Translations under genes and position numbers: made by a program
The notes under the pieces: generated by a model
Seen by the model: the letters and a program-made list of their open reading frames with translations, nothing else
Told to the model about the DNA's origin: nothing
The model's database searches: none
In this document: positions 22,967-32,400 of the stretch, in pieces
Numbering within the stretch: the stretch's first letter is position 1
Layout of the letters: each line of letters starts with the position of its first letter
Virus record (IMG/VR): IMGVR_UViG_3300042906_000531
Direction: 5' to 3' (one strand)
From: a virus
DNA: 40,186 nt

Positions 22967-23440
22967 ATGGTTGCGAAAATTCCAGTTGAGGTGCATAGGA
23001 TTCACGGAACGAAGGCTAATAAGCCGGGGGTTTTTCTGCCGGAAGAGATCAAGCAGAGGATTCCGTTTGCTGAGTGGGCGAACAACCCGGAGTCGTTCAC
23101 GAGGGAAAAGTTTGTTAAGGAAACGGCGGAGTATTTGTTTAGCGTGTACGGGATAGGATCGGATCAGGACAGGCATACGCTCATGATGCTTGCTGATCAG
23201 TTACAGCTTTACATAGAGGCTCGAGCTGCGATCGCAAAGTACCCGCTGATTGTGGAAACAAATGCTGGCAAGACCTTTGCGCCCAATCCTTACGTCAGCC
23301 TTGCAAACAAGGCTATGGACAATGCCATTAAACTTATGTCTGAGTTAGGGCTGACACCAAAGTCTAGGTTGGCAGCTAATAAGCTCGACGACAACACGAA
23401 AATAAACGACTTCCTGAAAGGGCCTAAGTTCGGAACATGA
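22967..23440 (+). CDS. terS: Terminase small subunit (P27-family-like)
   Basis: ATG 22967 lies 6 nt after AGGAG. ...AEYLFSVYGIGSDQDRHTLMMLADQLQLYIEARAAI...TFAPNPYVSLANKAMDNAIKLMSELGLTPKSRL is typical of P27-type TerS. ATGA-coupled to TerL. Confidence 0.8.
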   Translation: MVAKIPVEVHRIHGTKANKPGVFLPEEIKQRIPFAEWANNPESFTREKFVKETAEYLFSVYGIGSDQDRHTLMMLADQLQLYIEARAAIAKYPLIVETNAGKTFAPNPYVSLANKAMDNAIKLMSELGLTPKSRLAANKLDDNTKINDFLKGPKFGT

Positions 23441-25095
23441 AATTAGAAGATGGTATTGAGTACGCAGTTCGCGTAGCAAAGGGCGATATTAACGCCTGCA
23501 GGAACGTAAGGTTAGCCTGTCAGCGATTCCTGAATCATTTAGAGAACAAGGACTGGGAATGGGTTTTTGATCCGGGCCCTGTCAATCACTTTTTACAGTT
23601 CACGGCGCTATGCAAGCACGTTAAGGGACAGTGGGCAGGCCAGTCAGTCAAGCTAGAGCCTTTCCAGATCTTGATTGTCTGCGCCATCTACGGATTTAGA
23701 AGTAAGAAGGACAGGCAAAAGCGGATGGTGCAGGACGTTATTGTCTACATCCCGAGGAAGGCAGGAAAGTCCACCCTGACAGCGCTTATTGCCTTATACG
23801 AGCTGGGATTCGGCGAGGCCGGTGCTGAAGTTTACACACTAGCGACTAATCGAGATCAGGCCTCAATTGTGTTCACGACTTCTAAGGGCTTCATCGAGAC
23901 AATGCCTAAAGAGCTGTCCAGTATGTTTGTCACTGGAAAGTTTACGATCACGAAGTCGAAAGACAGCCAGAGCATGATGAAAGCTCTCTCCAGAGACACT
24001 AAAAAGACCGGAGACGGGCTCAACCCGTCTTGTACGATTGTTGACGAGGCAAGCCAGATCGTGGACAGGAATGCGATTGAGGTTTTGCATTCAGGGATGG
24101 TATCTCGCCTTAACCCTCTACGGCTATACATCACGACCGCTTCTTTTACCCGCGACACAAAGTTCTTCGAGGACTTTCAGGTGATGGAGCACATCCTCCA
24201 TCAGGACGTACCTGATAACCCGCGGTGGTTTGGGCTTCTTTACTCGCTGGATGCTGGAGACGACTGGAGAGACGAGACGGTATGGGCTAAGGCTAACCCG
24301 ATGCACAATATCTCGGTATCACACGATGCGATCGTTGCAAGATGCGAAGAGGCGAAGATTAAGCCTGCTGCACTTAATGAATTCCTCTGTAAGACACTTA
24401 ATGTTTATGTGTCAGCCGAAACTGCGTGGGTCGATAGGACACACTGGGATGAGTCTGTAGGCGTTACAGGCAGAGATCCTGAGTCGGTATTTATTGGTTT
24501 TGACCTAGCGGCAACGCGAGATTTGAACGCTGTTTGTACGCTTAAGAGATATTCCGAGGACGATTACGAAGCAGAATGGAAGTTTTTTCTGCCTGAAGAT
24601 GGTTTTGATTTACTGCCAACCCACTACAAAGATATTTTCCGGCAGGCTATTAATTCGGGGATTTTGCACATCACTGAAGGTAATGTGATGGACGACCGAG
24701 AGATTTCGGCGTATATTGTCAAGCAAAGTCAAAAATACGATGTAAAAGAAGTCGGATATGACGCTTATAATGCCGCTGCAATAGTGGCAAGACTATACGA
24801 AGCTGGCCTGCCAGTCAAAAAAGTCGGTCAAGGAATGGCGGTGCTTTCTAACCCGTCAAAACATGTCGAGCGACTTATCTTAGGCCACAAAATCAAACAC
24901 GATGGCAACCCATTTCTAGGACATCAACTGGGCAATTGCGAAGTGTTTACAGACGTTCAAGGAAACATTAAGGTCAAGAAAGCCGGTGTGGATAAACACG
25001 CTAAGGTTGACGGCATAATTGCCTTGATTATTGCGATGCACTGCAGTCTGGACAACCCGATGCCTAATGAATCGTACGGATTCAGAGTCTTTTAG
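23437..25095 (+). CDS. terL: Terminase large subunit (Terminase_1 / HK97-like)
   Basis: 552 aa. The Walker A-like segment is YIPRKAGKSTLTALIALYEL, and the nuclease part has a D-rich C-terminal end (KVDGIIALIIAM). Confidence 0.9.
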   Translation: MKLEDGIEYAVRVAKGDINACRNVRLACQRFLNHLENKDWEWVFDPGPVNHFLQFTALCKHVKGQWAGQSVKLEPFQILIVCAIYGFRSKKDRQKRMVQDVIVYIPRKAGKSTLTALIALYELGFGEAGAEVYTLATNRDQASIVFTTSKGFIETMPKELSSMFVTGKFTITKSKDSQSMMKALSRDTKKTGDGLNPSCTIVDEASQIVDRNAIEVLHSGMVSRLNPLRLYITTASFTRDTKFFEDFQVMEHILHQDVPDNPRWFGLLYSLDAGDDWRDETVWAKANPMHNISVSHDAIVARCEEAKIKPAALNEFLCKTLNVYVSAETAWVDRTHWDESVGVTGRDPESVFIGFDLAATRDLNAVCTLKRYSEDDYEAEWKFFLPEDGFDLLPTHYKDIFRQAINSGILHITEGNVMDDREISAYIVKQSQKYDVKEVGYDAYNAAAIVARLYEAGLPVKKVGQGMAVLSNPSKHVERLILGHKIKHDGNPFLGHQLGNCEVFTDVQGNIKVKKAGVDKHAKVDGIIALIIAMHCSLDNPMPNESYGFRVF

Positions 25096-25103
25096 GGGTA
25101 AAA

Positions 25104-26501
25104 ATGGGCTTATTCGACGTATTCAAGCGTAAAACAGACAAAAAAGAGTCGAATTCGCTCTTTGGCAACACTGTTTTAGGCAATAACGTCATGCTCCGTG
25201 GCAAGGGGCAGGGCTACGGTTCTAACCAATTACTTTACGTTACGACCTCTGCTGTTAACGAAGCAGGTCGAACTGTCGATATAACGACACTTGCTAGAAA
25301 CTCGACTGTAATGGCTTGTGTGGGGGCAAAAGCACGTTCTCTTGCTCAACTGCCCGTCAAAATCATGTCTAAACAGGCTGATGGCACGTTTGTAGACACA
25401 CAGACAGACCCTAGCGTTCCTGAGCGTGAAAAGAGCCGAGCAGCAAGCGTTCTTAACCTTCTTGCGAATCCTAACAACTTCCAGAGTCAGTACGAGTTTT
25501 GGTATCAGTTCACGATGTGGCATGAGCTGGCCGGTGAGACTTTCGTATTACTCTGGAGGAAAGACGCACAGGAACCGACGCAGATTCCGCTTGAGATGTA
25601 CGTCTTAGACTCGACGCTAATCGTGCCGAGGATCTCAGAGACGCGTTATCCCTTCTACACGCTTACAAGTTCAAGTTACGGCTTTAATAAAGACGAGCCG
25701 CTCAAATACTTTCAGGTGATGCACACGAAGAGCGAGCCGTGGCAAGGCTCCAGTTCGTTCAACCGCTTACAAGCCGTCGAGTTGGTCTCCTTAGATCAGG
25801 ACATCGACCTTTACTCCAACTTCATCATGCTTAACGGTGCAAAACCCTCTGGTTTATTCCGTACTGAGCAAGTTATCCCCGATTCAAAGTTCAAAGAGAT
25901 TGCCAGCAGGTTAAAAGAAGCGTGGACCAACATGCTTAACAGCCAGCCCTCGGATCAGAGCAAGCCGGGGCAGTCTATGCTGTTGGATCAGGGCATGACC
26001 TACGAAGCCATCAAGCCTCTCACGTTGCAGGATGTGGATGCTAGAGAGCTTAAGAAACAAACAATGACGCGTATCTGTGGATTGTTTGGTGTACCTCCCG
26101 CGATGATCGGAGTCGGCGAGTCTAAGTACAACAACACCCAGACGATGCTAGATGAGTTCTACAAATCAACGATGATGCCGTTCATTACGAACGTTGAGCA
26201 ACGGTTAAAATTGTCGCTACTAAAAGGCTATCCGAATTTACACGTTCAGTTTCAGACACAAGACTTCCTGAAGGGCGCTCCGCTGGATCAAATGAATTAT
26301 GTCGTTGCAGGAGTTAAGAATGGGATTCTTACGCAGAATGAGGCCCGCGAATATTTGGGACTTAACTCTCTCGATGGTGCTGATGATCTGTTGCTTGCCG
26401 CTGGTGGCGATAGCGCTATCCCCGGTAGCTCTCCGCAAGACACTGGCGGTGGTGGAAACCTTAAAGTGGTGGGTAAAACAGGCAGAGCCGGAAATGCTTA
26501 A
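25104..26501 (+). CDS. Portal protein (HK97 family)
   Basis: 465 aa, immediately after TerL and before the prohead protease. The Gly-rich C-terminal tail and overall pattern are consistent with Phage_portal. Confidence 0.85.
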   Translation: MGLFDVFKRKTDKKESNSLFGNTVLGNNVMLRGKGQGYGSNQLLYVTTSAVNEAGRTVDITTLARNSTVMACVGAKARSLAQLPVKIMSKQADGTFVDTQTDPSVPEREKSRAASVLNLLANPNNFQSQYEFWYQFTMWHELAGETFVLLWRKDAQEPTQIPLEMYVLDSTLIVPRISETRYPFYTLTSSSYGFNKDEPLKYFQVMHTKSEPWQGSSSFNRLQAVELVSLDQDIDLYSNFIMLNGAKPSGLFRTEQVIPDSKFKEIASRLKEAWTNMLNSQPSDQSKPGQSMLLDQGMTYEAIKPLTLQDVDARELKKQTMTRICGLFGVPPAMIGVGESKYNNTQTMLDEFYKSTMMPFITNVEQRLKLSLLKGYPNLHVQFQTQDFLKGAPLDQMNYVVAGVKNGILTQNEAREYLGLNSLDGADDLLLAAGGDSAIPGSSPQDTGGGGNLKVVGKTGRAGNA

Positions 26502-26590
26502 GGAACTGTTAGAGAAACTCAAGGCGGCGGCAGATAAGAGGAAGCCAAAGCCTAAGTTAGTGGATGGAATGGTTAAAAAGGAACCGATCA

Positions 26591-27352
26591 ATGGCTAAGC
26601 AAATCACCTTTTTCTACGAGGCTAAGGTCGAATTAGGCCGTAAAGCTGATGAGGCTTCAGGACCCACGGGTGAAATCGAAGCCACTCTTACGACGTGGGG
26701 CGCAAGAGAAGGCGCTGACGGTCGTCGGTTCTTTTATACGCCAGAGGCTTTTGAGGCGTGGCACGAGATGTGGATGGATGAAGGAAGGCCACTTCCGATG
26801 TACTTCCAGCACTCTTCCGACATGATGCCTGTCGGTGAATGGTCAAAGTTCGACATTACCGAAGAAGGCATGACCGGCACAGGAAAGATCTTCCTGAACA
26901 CCACTGCTGGCTCCGATCTGTACACCATCATGAAGGAAAGCCCGCGGATGGTTGGCGGCGTTTCTGTGGGTGCTTACGCAGATGAGTATCAAATGGTGGA
27001 TGAGAATGGCGATCCTACAGGTAAGGACGATGGTTTCTTTCAGATCGTCAAAGGTGGCCTAGCCGAGGTTTCTATCGTGATGCAGCCTAATAATCCAAAG
27101 GCTGAGATCAGCAAACTTGAATACTGGATGGACAACAAGCCCAATCCGAGAGTGATCGAGAAGGCCCTGCGTGATGCTGGACTTTCAAGAAAGGATGCCA
27201 CCGCTGCATCCGCATTGCTAAAACAGATTATTGAACAACGTGATGTTGAATCTGTTAAGCAACCCGCTAACCCGAGTGATTCGGACGCAGCGGTGAAACT
27301 GCTAGAGGCGCTCGAATACCGCGAGCTGCTGAAAGCAATCGCAACCCGTTAG
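26591..27352 (+). CDS. Prohead serine protease (HK97 / S78 family)
   Basis: The start is taken at ATG 26591 (MAKQITFF). ...MYFQHSSDMMPVGEW...VGGVSVGAYA...GGLAEVSIVMQPNNPKAEI fits the prohead protease pattern. Confidence 0.82.
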   Translation: MAKQITFFYEAKVELGRKADEASGPTGEIEATLTTWGAREGADGRRFFYTPEAFEAWHEMWMDEGRPLPMYFQHSSDMMPVGEWSKFDITEEGMTGTGKIFLNTTAGSDLYTIMKESPRMVGGVSVGAYADEYQMVDENGDPTGKDDGFFQIVKGGLAEVSIVMQPNNPKAEISKLEYWMDNKPNPRVIEKALRDAGLSRKDATAASALLKQIIEQRDVESVKQPANPSDSDAAVKLLEALEYRELLKAIATR

Positions 27353-27363
27353 GAGATTTCAAA

Positions 27364-28713
27364 ATGTTGGAAAAAGTCATTGAAAAACTGGATGCAATCG
27401 AAGCATCTAGCGCTGCCAAATTGGCAGAAACCGCTCAGGCCGTCGAAGTAAAAGTTGCTGAGGCTGTCGAGGCTCTTAAAACCGAAACCGAAGCAAAGAT
27501 TGCCGCTTTAGAGGCAAAAGTTGCCGCCCCTTCAATCATCCGTCCTATTCACAAGACCGTCCGTGGCGAAGCAAATCGTCGCTTTAAAGACGTTCTTAAG
27601 GAGTACATGAAGGCCGGTAACAACATCGAGCGCGAAGTCAAGATCTTTGAATCTGTCGACCAGTGCGAAGCGTACATTAAGGAAGCCTCGGCTCTTACGG
27701 CTTCGGGTTACGACGTTGGTGGCCGTACCGCTTACGATCCTGTGTTCGCTGCAAAGCGTCTCGGAAATCCGTTGATGGATCTGTCGCGCATCGTTGCAAC
27801 TGACGGTTCCGCATATCAATTTAGAGTGAAGCAGGGCAACGCGGGCGCACAGTGGGGCTATACTGTGCAAAATAATGGAACGCCTACGACTGAATCTACA
27901 AGCATTTGGCAGGTGATCCTTAAGGACTTGAACGCTCAGTTCCCCATCCGTACCGCGGCACTTGATGACATCGACGGCCTCGAGGCTAACGTCGTTGACG
28001 ATATGCTGATGGAGTTCCAGCAGGCAATGGCAACCTCGATGATCCAGAACAACGATCAGTCGGGCACCGGAACCTCGGTAACGACGGGTGGCGCTGATGG
28101 TCTGCGCGGCTTAGATCAGTACGCTGGCGCTAATGCAACTTACACGGGCGGCTCTTGCTCGACAGCTGCTTTCGGTACGTCGGGAACTGCAACCACCAAC
28201 GGTCTGCACTCGCTTGCTACCTATGACCAGTTGACGACAAACGCCAACACGGTTGCGGCAAATAATGTGAACTACAAAGATGTAGTGAACTTTATTTATA
28301 GCCTGCCCCAGCAATATTGGACTCCCAGTGCAGCGTTCATGATCAACCCGATTCTGCTTCAAGGCATTCGCGGGTTAGTCGATCTGCAAGGCCGTCCGAT
28401 CTATGTTGACGGTGTTTCGCGCACCGATGGCATTGTTGGTGAATTGCTCGGCTTCAAGGTTGCAGTTAACAAGTATGTCGACAATCCTAGCCAGCCCACC
28501 ACCGGCGCAGCAGGGACTACGTCCTACTATCCGATGTACTTTGCGGATTGGCAGCAGTTCCACACCATCGTCATGCGTCTCTCAATGGTTCTCAGGAGAT
28601 ACGACCAGACAGTTCCGGGATCTATAACATTCTATGGCGAGACTCGTGCAGCCACTTCGGTGCGCGATCCTAATGCCGGTGTGCGTTATCGCTCGACTGG
28701 TACGGCTGCTTGA
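27364..28713 (+). CDS. Major capsid protein paralog 1 (HK97 fold) with N-terminal coiled-coil delta/scaffold domain
   Basis: 449 aa with an AGGAG RBS. The N-terminal ~90 aa are Ala/Glu/Lys-rich coiled coil. The remainder aligns with the downstream paralog (IWQ..., PIRTAALDDIDGLEANVVDDMLMEF, GLRGLDQYAG, ...TSVRDPNAGVRY). Confidence 0.85.
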   Translation: MLEKVIEKLDAIEASSAAKLAETAQAVEVKVAEAVEALKTETEAKIAALEAKVAAPSIIRPIHKTVRGEANRRFKDVLKEYMKAGNNIEREVKIFESVDQCEAYIKEASALTASGYDVGGRTAYDPVFAAKRLGNPLMDLSRIVATDGSAYQFRVKQGNAGAQWGYTVQNNGTPTTESTSIWQVILKDLNAQFPIRTAALDDIDGLEANVVDDMLMEFQQAMATSMIQNNDQSGTGTSVTTGGADGLRGLDQYAGANATYTGGSCSTAAFGTSGTATTNGLHSLATYDQLTTNANTVAANNVNYKDVVNFIYSLPQQYWTPSAAFMINPILLQGIRGLVDLQGRPIYVDGVSRTDGIVGELLGFKVAVNKYVDNPSQPTTGAAGTTSYYPMYFADWQQFHTIVMRLSMVLRRYDQTVPGSITFYGETRAATSVRDPNAGVRYRSTGTAA

Positions 28714-28717
28714 TAAA

Positions 28718-28744
28718 AGAGGGCGAAAGCCCTCTCCCTTTTGG
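28718..28744 (+). terminator. Hairpin with weak U-tract between the two capsid paralogs (possible attenuator)
   Basis: AGAGGGC-GAAA-GCCCTCT, followed by CCCTTTTGG. It starts 5 nt after the paralog 1 stop. Confidence 0.5.
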
Positions 28745-28751
28745 AGAGATT

Positions 28752-29777
28752 ATGAAACAGGTTATTTTGGAAGGCTTGAAAAAGGCTCTCCACGAGGGCA
28801 AAAGCACTGTCAACCTCGCGGAAGCCTCAGCCCTAACCGGCTCAGGCAGCGGGGTTGGTGGTCGCGTTTATAACGAGGATGTGTTTGCATCGCTTCGTTA
28901 CTGGAACCCATTTCGGGTTTATGCAAATCAGACAATGACGGCAGACTCGGACATTCAGTTTGTTGTCAAAACAGGTAACGCTGCTAACTCCACAAACCCG
29001 TGGGGCTACACGGTTAACGCCAACTCAGGCTCACCCAATATCGCCACCAGTATTTGGCAGCTTCCGATGCGTGTTATTTCCGCTCAGATGCCAATTCGTG
29101 CAGCGGCGATGGATGACATCAATGGATTGGATGCGGCTCTTGTTGAAGATCTTGCGATGGAATTCAGCCAGATCGAAGCCGCGTCGATGGCAATCAATAA
29201 CGATCAGGCAGGATCTACAACGACCTCCACAGGCGCTACAAACGGCCTTAGAGGCTTGAAGATGTACGCTGGTACTGCTGGATCATCCGCTGCTTACGGA
29301 ACGTCAGGAACGGCCATTACAGCGGGCATTCACACACTTAACACGGTTGGCTTTACGCATACAAATCTTGAGTGGGAAACGCTTGTAGACGTTGCTAATG
29401 CCCTTCCCGGTCAGTTTTGGAGAATGCCGGGAACTGCGTGGATGATGCACCCGACAGCGATTCAGATTCTCAGAGAGTATGCACACTCTGGTAATTCCTA
29501 CGCACTTGTAGAAGTCGGCGAGAAGGACGAAGGTCCTGCTATAAACATTATGGGATGGCCGGTGATTGCGAATCCTTACTTAGACGCTCCCGCTGCCGGT
29601 GCTTCTCCAATCTATCTTGCAAACTGGCCTCGGTTTATGTGGATCGTCGATCACTCGGAGATGACGCTTCAGAGAATGGAGCAGACCCAGCCGGGAACGA
29701 TTACGATCTATGCTGAGAAGCGGATGGTCTCGACCGTTCGTGATGTAACTGCTGGCGTTCGTTTGATCGGAACCTAA
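28752..29777 (+). CDS. Major capsid protein paralog 2 (HK97 fold), lacking the delta domain
   Basis: ATG 28752 lies 5 nt after GGAG. 341 aa, aligning with paralog 1 from the point where the paralog 1 coiled coil ends (IWQLP..., PIRAAAMDDINGLDAALVEDLAMEF, GLRGLKMYAG, ...STVRDVTAGVRL). Confidence 0.8.
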   Translation: MKQVILEGLKKALHEGKSTVNLAEASALTGSGSGVGGRVYNEDVFASLRYWNPFRVYANQTMTADSDIQFVVKTGNAANSTNPWGYTVNANSGSPNIATSIWQLPMRVISAQMPIRAAAMDDINGLDAALVEDLAMEFSQIEAASMAINNDQAGSTTTSTGATNGLRGLKMYAGTAGSSAAYGTSGTAITAGIHTLNTVGFTHTNLEWETLVDVANALPGQFWRMPGTAWMMHPTAIQILREYAHSGNSYALVEVGEKDEGPAINIMGWPVIANPYLDAPAAGASPIYLANWPRFMWIVDHSEMTLQRMEQTQPGTITIYAEKRMVSTVRDVTAGVRLIGT

Positions 29778-29778
29778 G

Positions 29779-30423
29779 ATGCCATCCCAACTGCAAGGTA
29801 ACTTCGGAGCGGGTTCTCGCAACCCGTTCAACTACTCGAAGGTCATTCAGAGCACCCGTGATCCGGTGACTCAATGGCTGACGTTTGAGGAAATCACCAA
29901 CCAGTTGAATTTGTTTCAGGATGAATCGCAGGACGATTACCTAAGTCAGTTAGAACTCGCTACACGGATGGCGATTGAGGACTACTTAGGCACCCCGATC
30001 TTCAATGTGACGTATCAGGCCTCTTACATGATCTCAGGGCTTATGGCTGCACCTGTAAGCCTTGATCTACCTGAGGTCTCGCAGAATGGCGTGACAATCA
30101 ATTGGGTGAAGTATTACACCGACCTTAATCCGCCGACACTCACGACGATTACAAGCTCAAATTATTACTACGATCCCACCGGGAACAAAGTGGTTCTGTT
30201 CGAGGTTCCCAACAACATCAACACTTACATGACTGCGCCGATGCTTTGTCAGTACACCTTACAGGGCTCTGTAATCGGTCAGTATCCCGTTGTTAAGCAA
30301 GCGGGTCTCATGTTGTTGACGCATTTTTACAATCATCGCTCTGCAATGTCATCCGAGCCTATAAAGCAGATTCCGTGGGCAGTCGATCAGCTTCTTAGAC
30401 CCTACAAGCCGTTGGTGATGTAA
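29779..30423 (+). CDS. Head-tail connector (gp6-like N-terminal region) protein
   Basis: LTFEEITNQLNLFQDESQDDYLSQLELATRMAIEDYLGTPI resembles the gp6/QLT-type connector motif. It sits directly after the capsid genes. Confidence 0.5.
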   Translation: MPSQLQGNFGAGSRNPFNYSKVIQSTRDPVTQWLTFEEITNQLNLFQDESQDDYLSQLELATRMAIEDYLGTPIFNVTYQASYMISGLMAAPVSLDLPEVSQNGVTINWVKYYTDLNPPTLTTITSSNYYYDPTGNKVVLFEVPNNINTYMTAPMLCQYTLQGSVIGQYPVVKQAGLMLLTHFYNHRSAMSSEPIKQIPWAVDQLLRPYKPLVM

Positions 30424-30764
30424 TGGTCTTACGCGTCGATGAGATAAGTATCAACAATCTGTCGTTTACGGTCACTAATTTGGGTGAACAAACGACGGTA
30501 GAGACGCTGTGGTTCAAGACGCGAGCAAAAACTAAGTCGGTTCACAATCGGATTCGCACGTTAGAAAAGTTCAGGCAGTACGACAACATGATGGACTTCA
30601 TCGTGAACTACACGCCCAACATGAGAACGATCTCGGATAATCAGGAAGATTACTCGATTACATTCCGAGGTAACAGCTGGCGAATCGCAGAGGTATTTGA
30701 GCACGATGACAGACAATGGGTTTCGCTGATGTGTTATCGAAACGAACCTAGCGTGGCAGTCTGA
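30423..30764 (+). CDS. Head closure / head-tail adaptor protein
   Basis: 113 aa with TAATG coupling. ...ITFRGNSWRIAEVFEHDDRQWVSLMCYR resembles head-tail joining proteins. Confidence 0.5.
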   Translation: MVLRVDEISINNLSFTVTNLGEQTTVETLWFKTRAKTKSVHNRIRTLEKFRQYDNMMDFIVNYTPNMRTISDNQEDYSITFRGNSWRIAEVFEHDDRQWVSLMCYRNEPSVAV

Positions 30765-30765
30765 T

Positions 30766-31170
30766 ATGGGGCAAAATAGCGCGGTTGTTTATGCTCAAGC
30801 GATACAAGCCCAACTGGTCACGGTTTGTACGCCGACACCGGTTTATGCAGTGTTCAACCGTAACTTTGCAAACGAACCGACTTTTGTAACGTGGCAGCTC
30901 AGAGATGTTCATCAGCCGGTTTACACAGGACCACAGTCGGTTAAGGGTATAGATAGACCGGTTTGTCAGATTACGGTGTTTGCTCAGTTGATGGCAAATT
31001 GTTTCAGTAAGGCGCAGCAGATTGTGGATGCCTTACACGGGTATCAAGGCACTTTTGGTGGTCTCTTTTTTGTGTCGAAGGTCGATGTTGACTGGCTCTT
31101 CAACACATACGATAACGATAGCAAATTACATCAAATATTTCTTGATTGCACTTTAGACATCCCTGCGTGA
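30766..31170 (+). CDS. Neck / tail-completion protein (DUF3168-like, tentative)
   Basis: Assigned from size and position only. Confidence 0.4.
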   Translation: MGQNSAVVYAQAIQAQLVTVCTPTPVYAVFNRNFANEPTFVTWQLRDVHQPVYTGPQSVKGIDRPVCQITVFAQLMANCFSKAQQIVDALHGYQGTFGGLFFVSKVDVDWLFNTYDNDSKLHQIFLDCTLDIPA

Positions 31171-31178
31171 GGTGAAAA

Positions 31179-31673
31179 ATGGCTCTTCCTAATAAAGTTT
31201 TACCCGGCTTTAGCGCCTCGCTCTATTGCCAACCGACTGCAACTCCAACCCCTATAACCCCTGACAATCTTGATGACTACGCAACAATTTCTGCGTTAGC
31301 CGTCTCTGGCAACCTTGTTCCCGTAGAAGCGATCCCCGCTTTTGGACAAGACGATGCGGTTGCTAACTTCTCGGTTGCTGGCTCGCGTCAGTCAGACAAG
31401 ATTCCCGTTCAGTCTGCACCTACAAGCATGACTTGCGTGGCGGCGTGGAATCCTGCAAATACAGTCATTGGTTTGTTGCGCGATGATGCCTACAACGGCA
31501 CGATTGATCGCACCTTCATCATCAAAGCCACTGACGGCACAAACAGCGTTTACTACGCTTTCAACGGCCGCGTAAGTCAGTGGACAACTGATCCAGCTCC
31601 GGGCGCTGAAACGCAAGTTACATTCACCATTCATCCGAGAGGCAATCAATATGGCTGGTCATACACGCCTTAA
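31179..31673 (+). CDS. Putative major tail tube protein
   Basis: 164 aa with a GAGGTG RBS. Beta-rich sequence, and the only tube-sized candidate in the module. Positional inference. Confidence 0.5.
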   Translation: MALPNKVLPGFSASLYCQPTATPTPITPDNLDDYATISALAVSGNLVPVEAIPAFGQDDAVANFSVAGSRQSDKIPVQSAPTSMTCVAAWNPANTVIGLLRDDAYNGTIDRTFIIKATDGTNSVYYAFNGRVSQWTTDPAPGAETQVTFTIHPRGNQYGWSYTP

Positions 31674-31688
31674 TCCGCCTTATAAGCG

Positions 31689-31940
31689 GTGGCTTCCTCC
31701 TTACAGAAAGCCAAAGTAATGCAGAGAGCAAGCGACGATTTGCTGAGTTATCTCATCACGCAGGCCCAAACCGGTGCTAAGAACTGGTTTGGGTACCCGC
31801 AACAGCGCCTCATCAACATTGCTCTATGTCATCAGATCGCAGCGAATCATGCTGACTGCATGACACCTGATGAAGTTGTTGACTACGTCCTAAAGCTCAA
31901 CGATCACATCTTTAAGCGGATTGTGACCAATGGAGTTTGA
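31689..31940 (+). CDS. Hypothetical protein (83 aa from GTG; alternative ATG at 31719)
   Basis: Open frame filling the gap, with no clear RBS. Confidence 0.45.
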   Translation: MASSLQKAKVMQRASDDLLSYLITQAQTGAKNWFGYPQQRLINIALCHQIAANHADCMTPDEVVDYVLKLNDHIFKRIVTNGV

Positions 31941-32400
31941 GGTCAAGGGTCTTAAAGAGTTTGAGAGTGTGCTGCTTGAGCTACAGCAAGAGTTTGGCTC
32001 GACCGCGGCAAAAAGATCACTGGTGCCTGCACTTAGGAAAGCCGTTGTACCTGCTAAGGATGTCATAAAAGCAAGTGCTCCTATGGACACCGGCAGGCTA
32101 AAGACAACCGTCAGAGTAGGCGCGAAAGTAGCTTCTGGTAAAGACAAGAAGAGGAAGTATCTCAACGAGAATACGCTAGCTTTTGGCTATGTGGATGTTG
32201 GTGTCAAGTATTACGATGAGAAGGGCGACTACAGGCCTGCCACAGAAGCCTTAGAGTACGGCACAGCACAGCAGCCTGCTAGACCGTTTATAAAACGAGG
32301 TTTCCAATCAGCTATACCTAATATGCTGGAGATCTTAAGATCGGACTTAGGCACACACTTAAATAACTGGGCAAATAAACACAGGGCAAAACGAAAATGA
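31930..32400 (+). CDS. HK97 gp10-family head-tail component
   Basis: MEFEVKGLKEFESVLLEL...PMDTGRLKTTVRVG...EALEYGTAQQPARPFIKRGF fits the HK97 gp10-like pattern (..TG.L..S... EfGT...pa.PF). Confidence 0.75.
   Translation: MEFEVKGLKEFESVLLELQQEFGSTAAKRSLVPALRKAVVPAKDVIKASAPMDTGRLKTTVRVGAKVASGKDKKRKYLNENTLAFGYVDVGVKYYDEKGDYRPATEALEYGTAQQPARPFIKRGFQSAIPNMLEILRSDLGTHLNNWANKHRAKRK

Noticed and set aside
26299-26598. 99-aa ORF overlapping the portal 3' end and the portal-protease gap.
   Set aside because: It is an alternative frame of the portal C-terminus with no RBS. The protease start at 26591 with AAGGA explains the downstream part.
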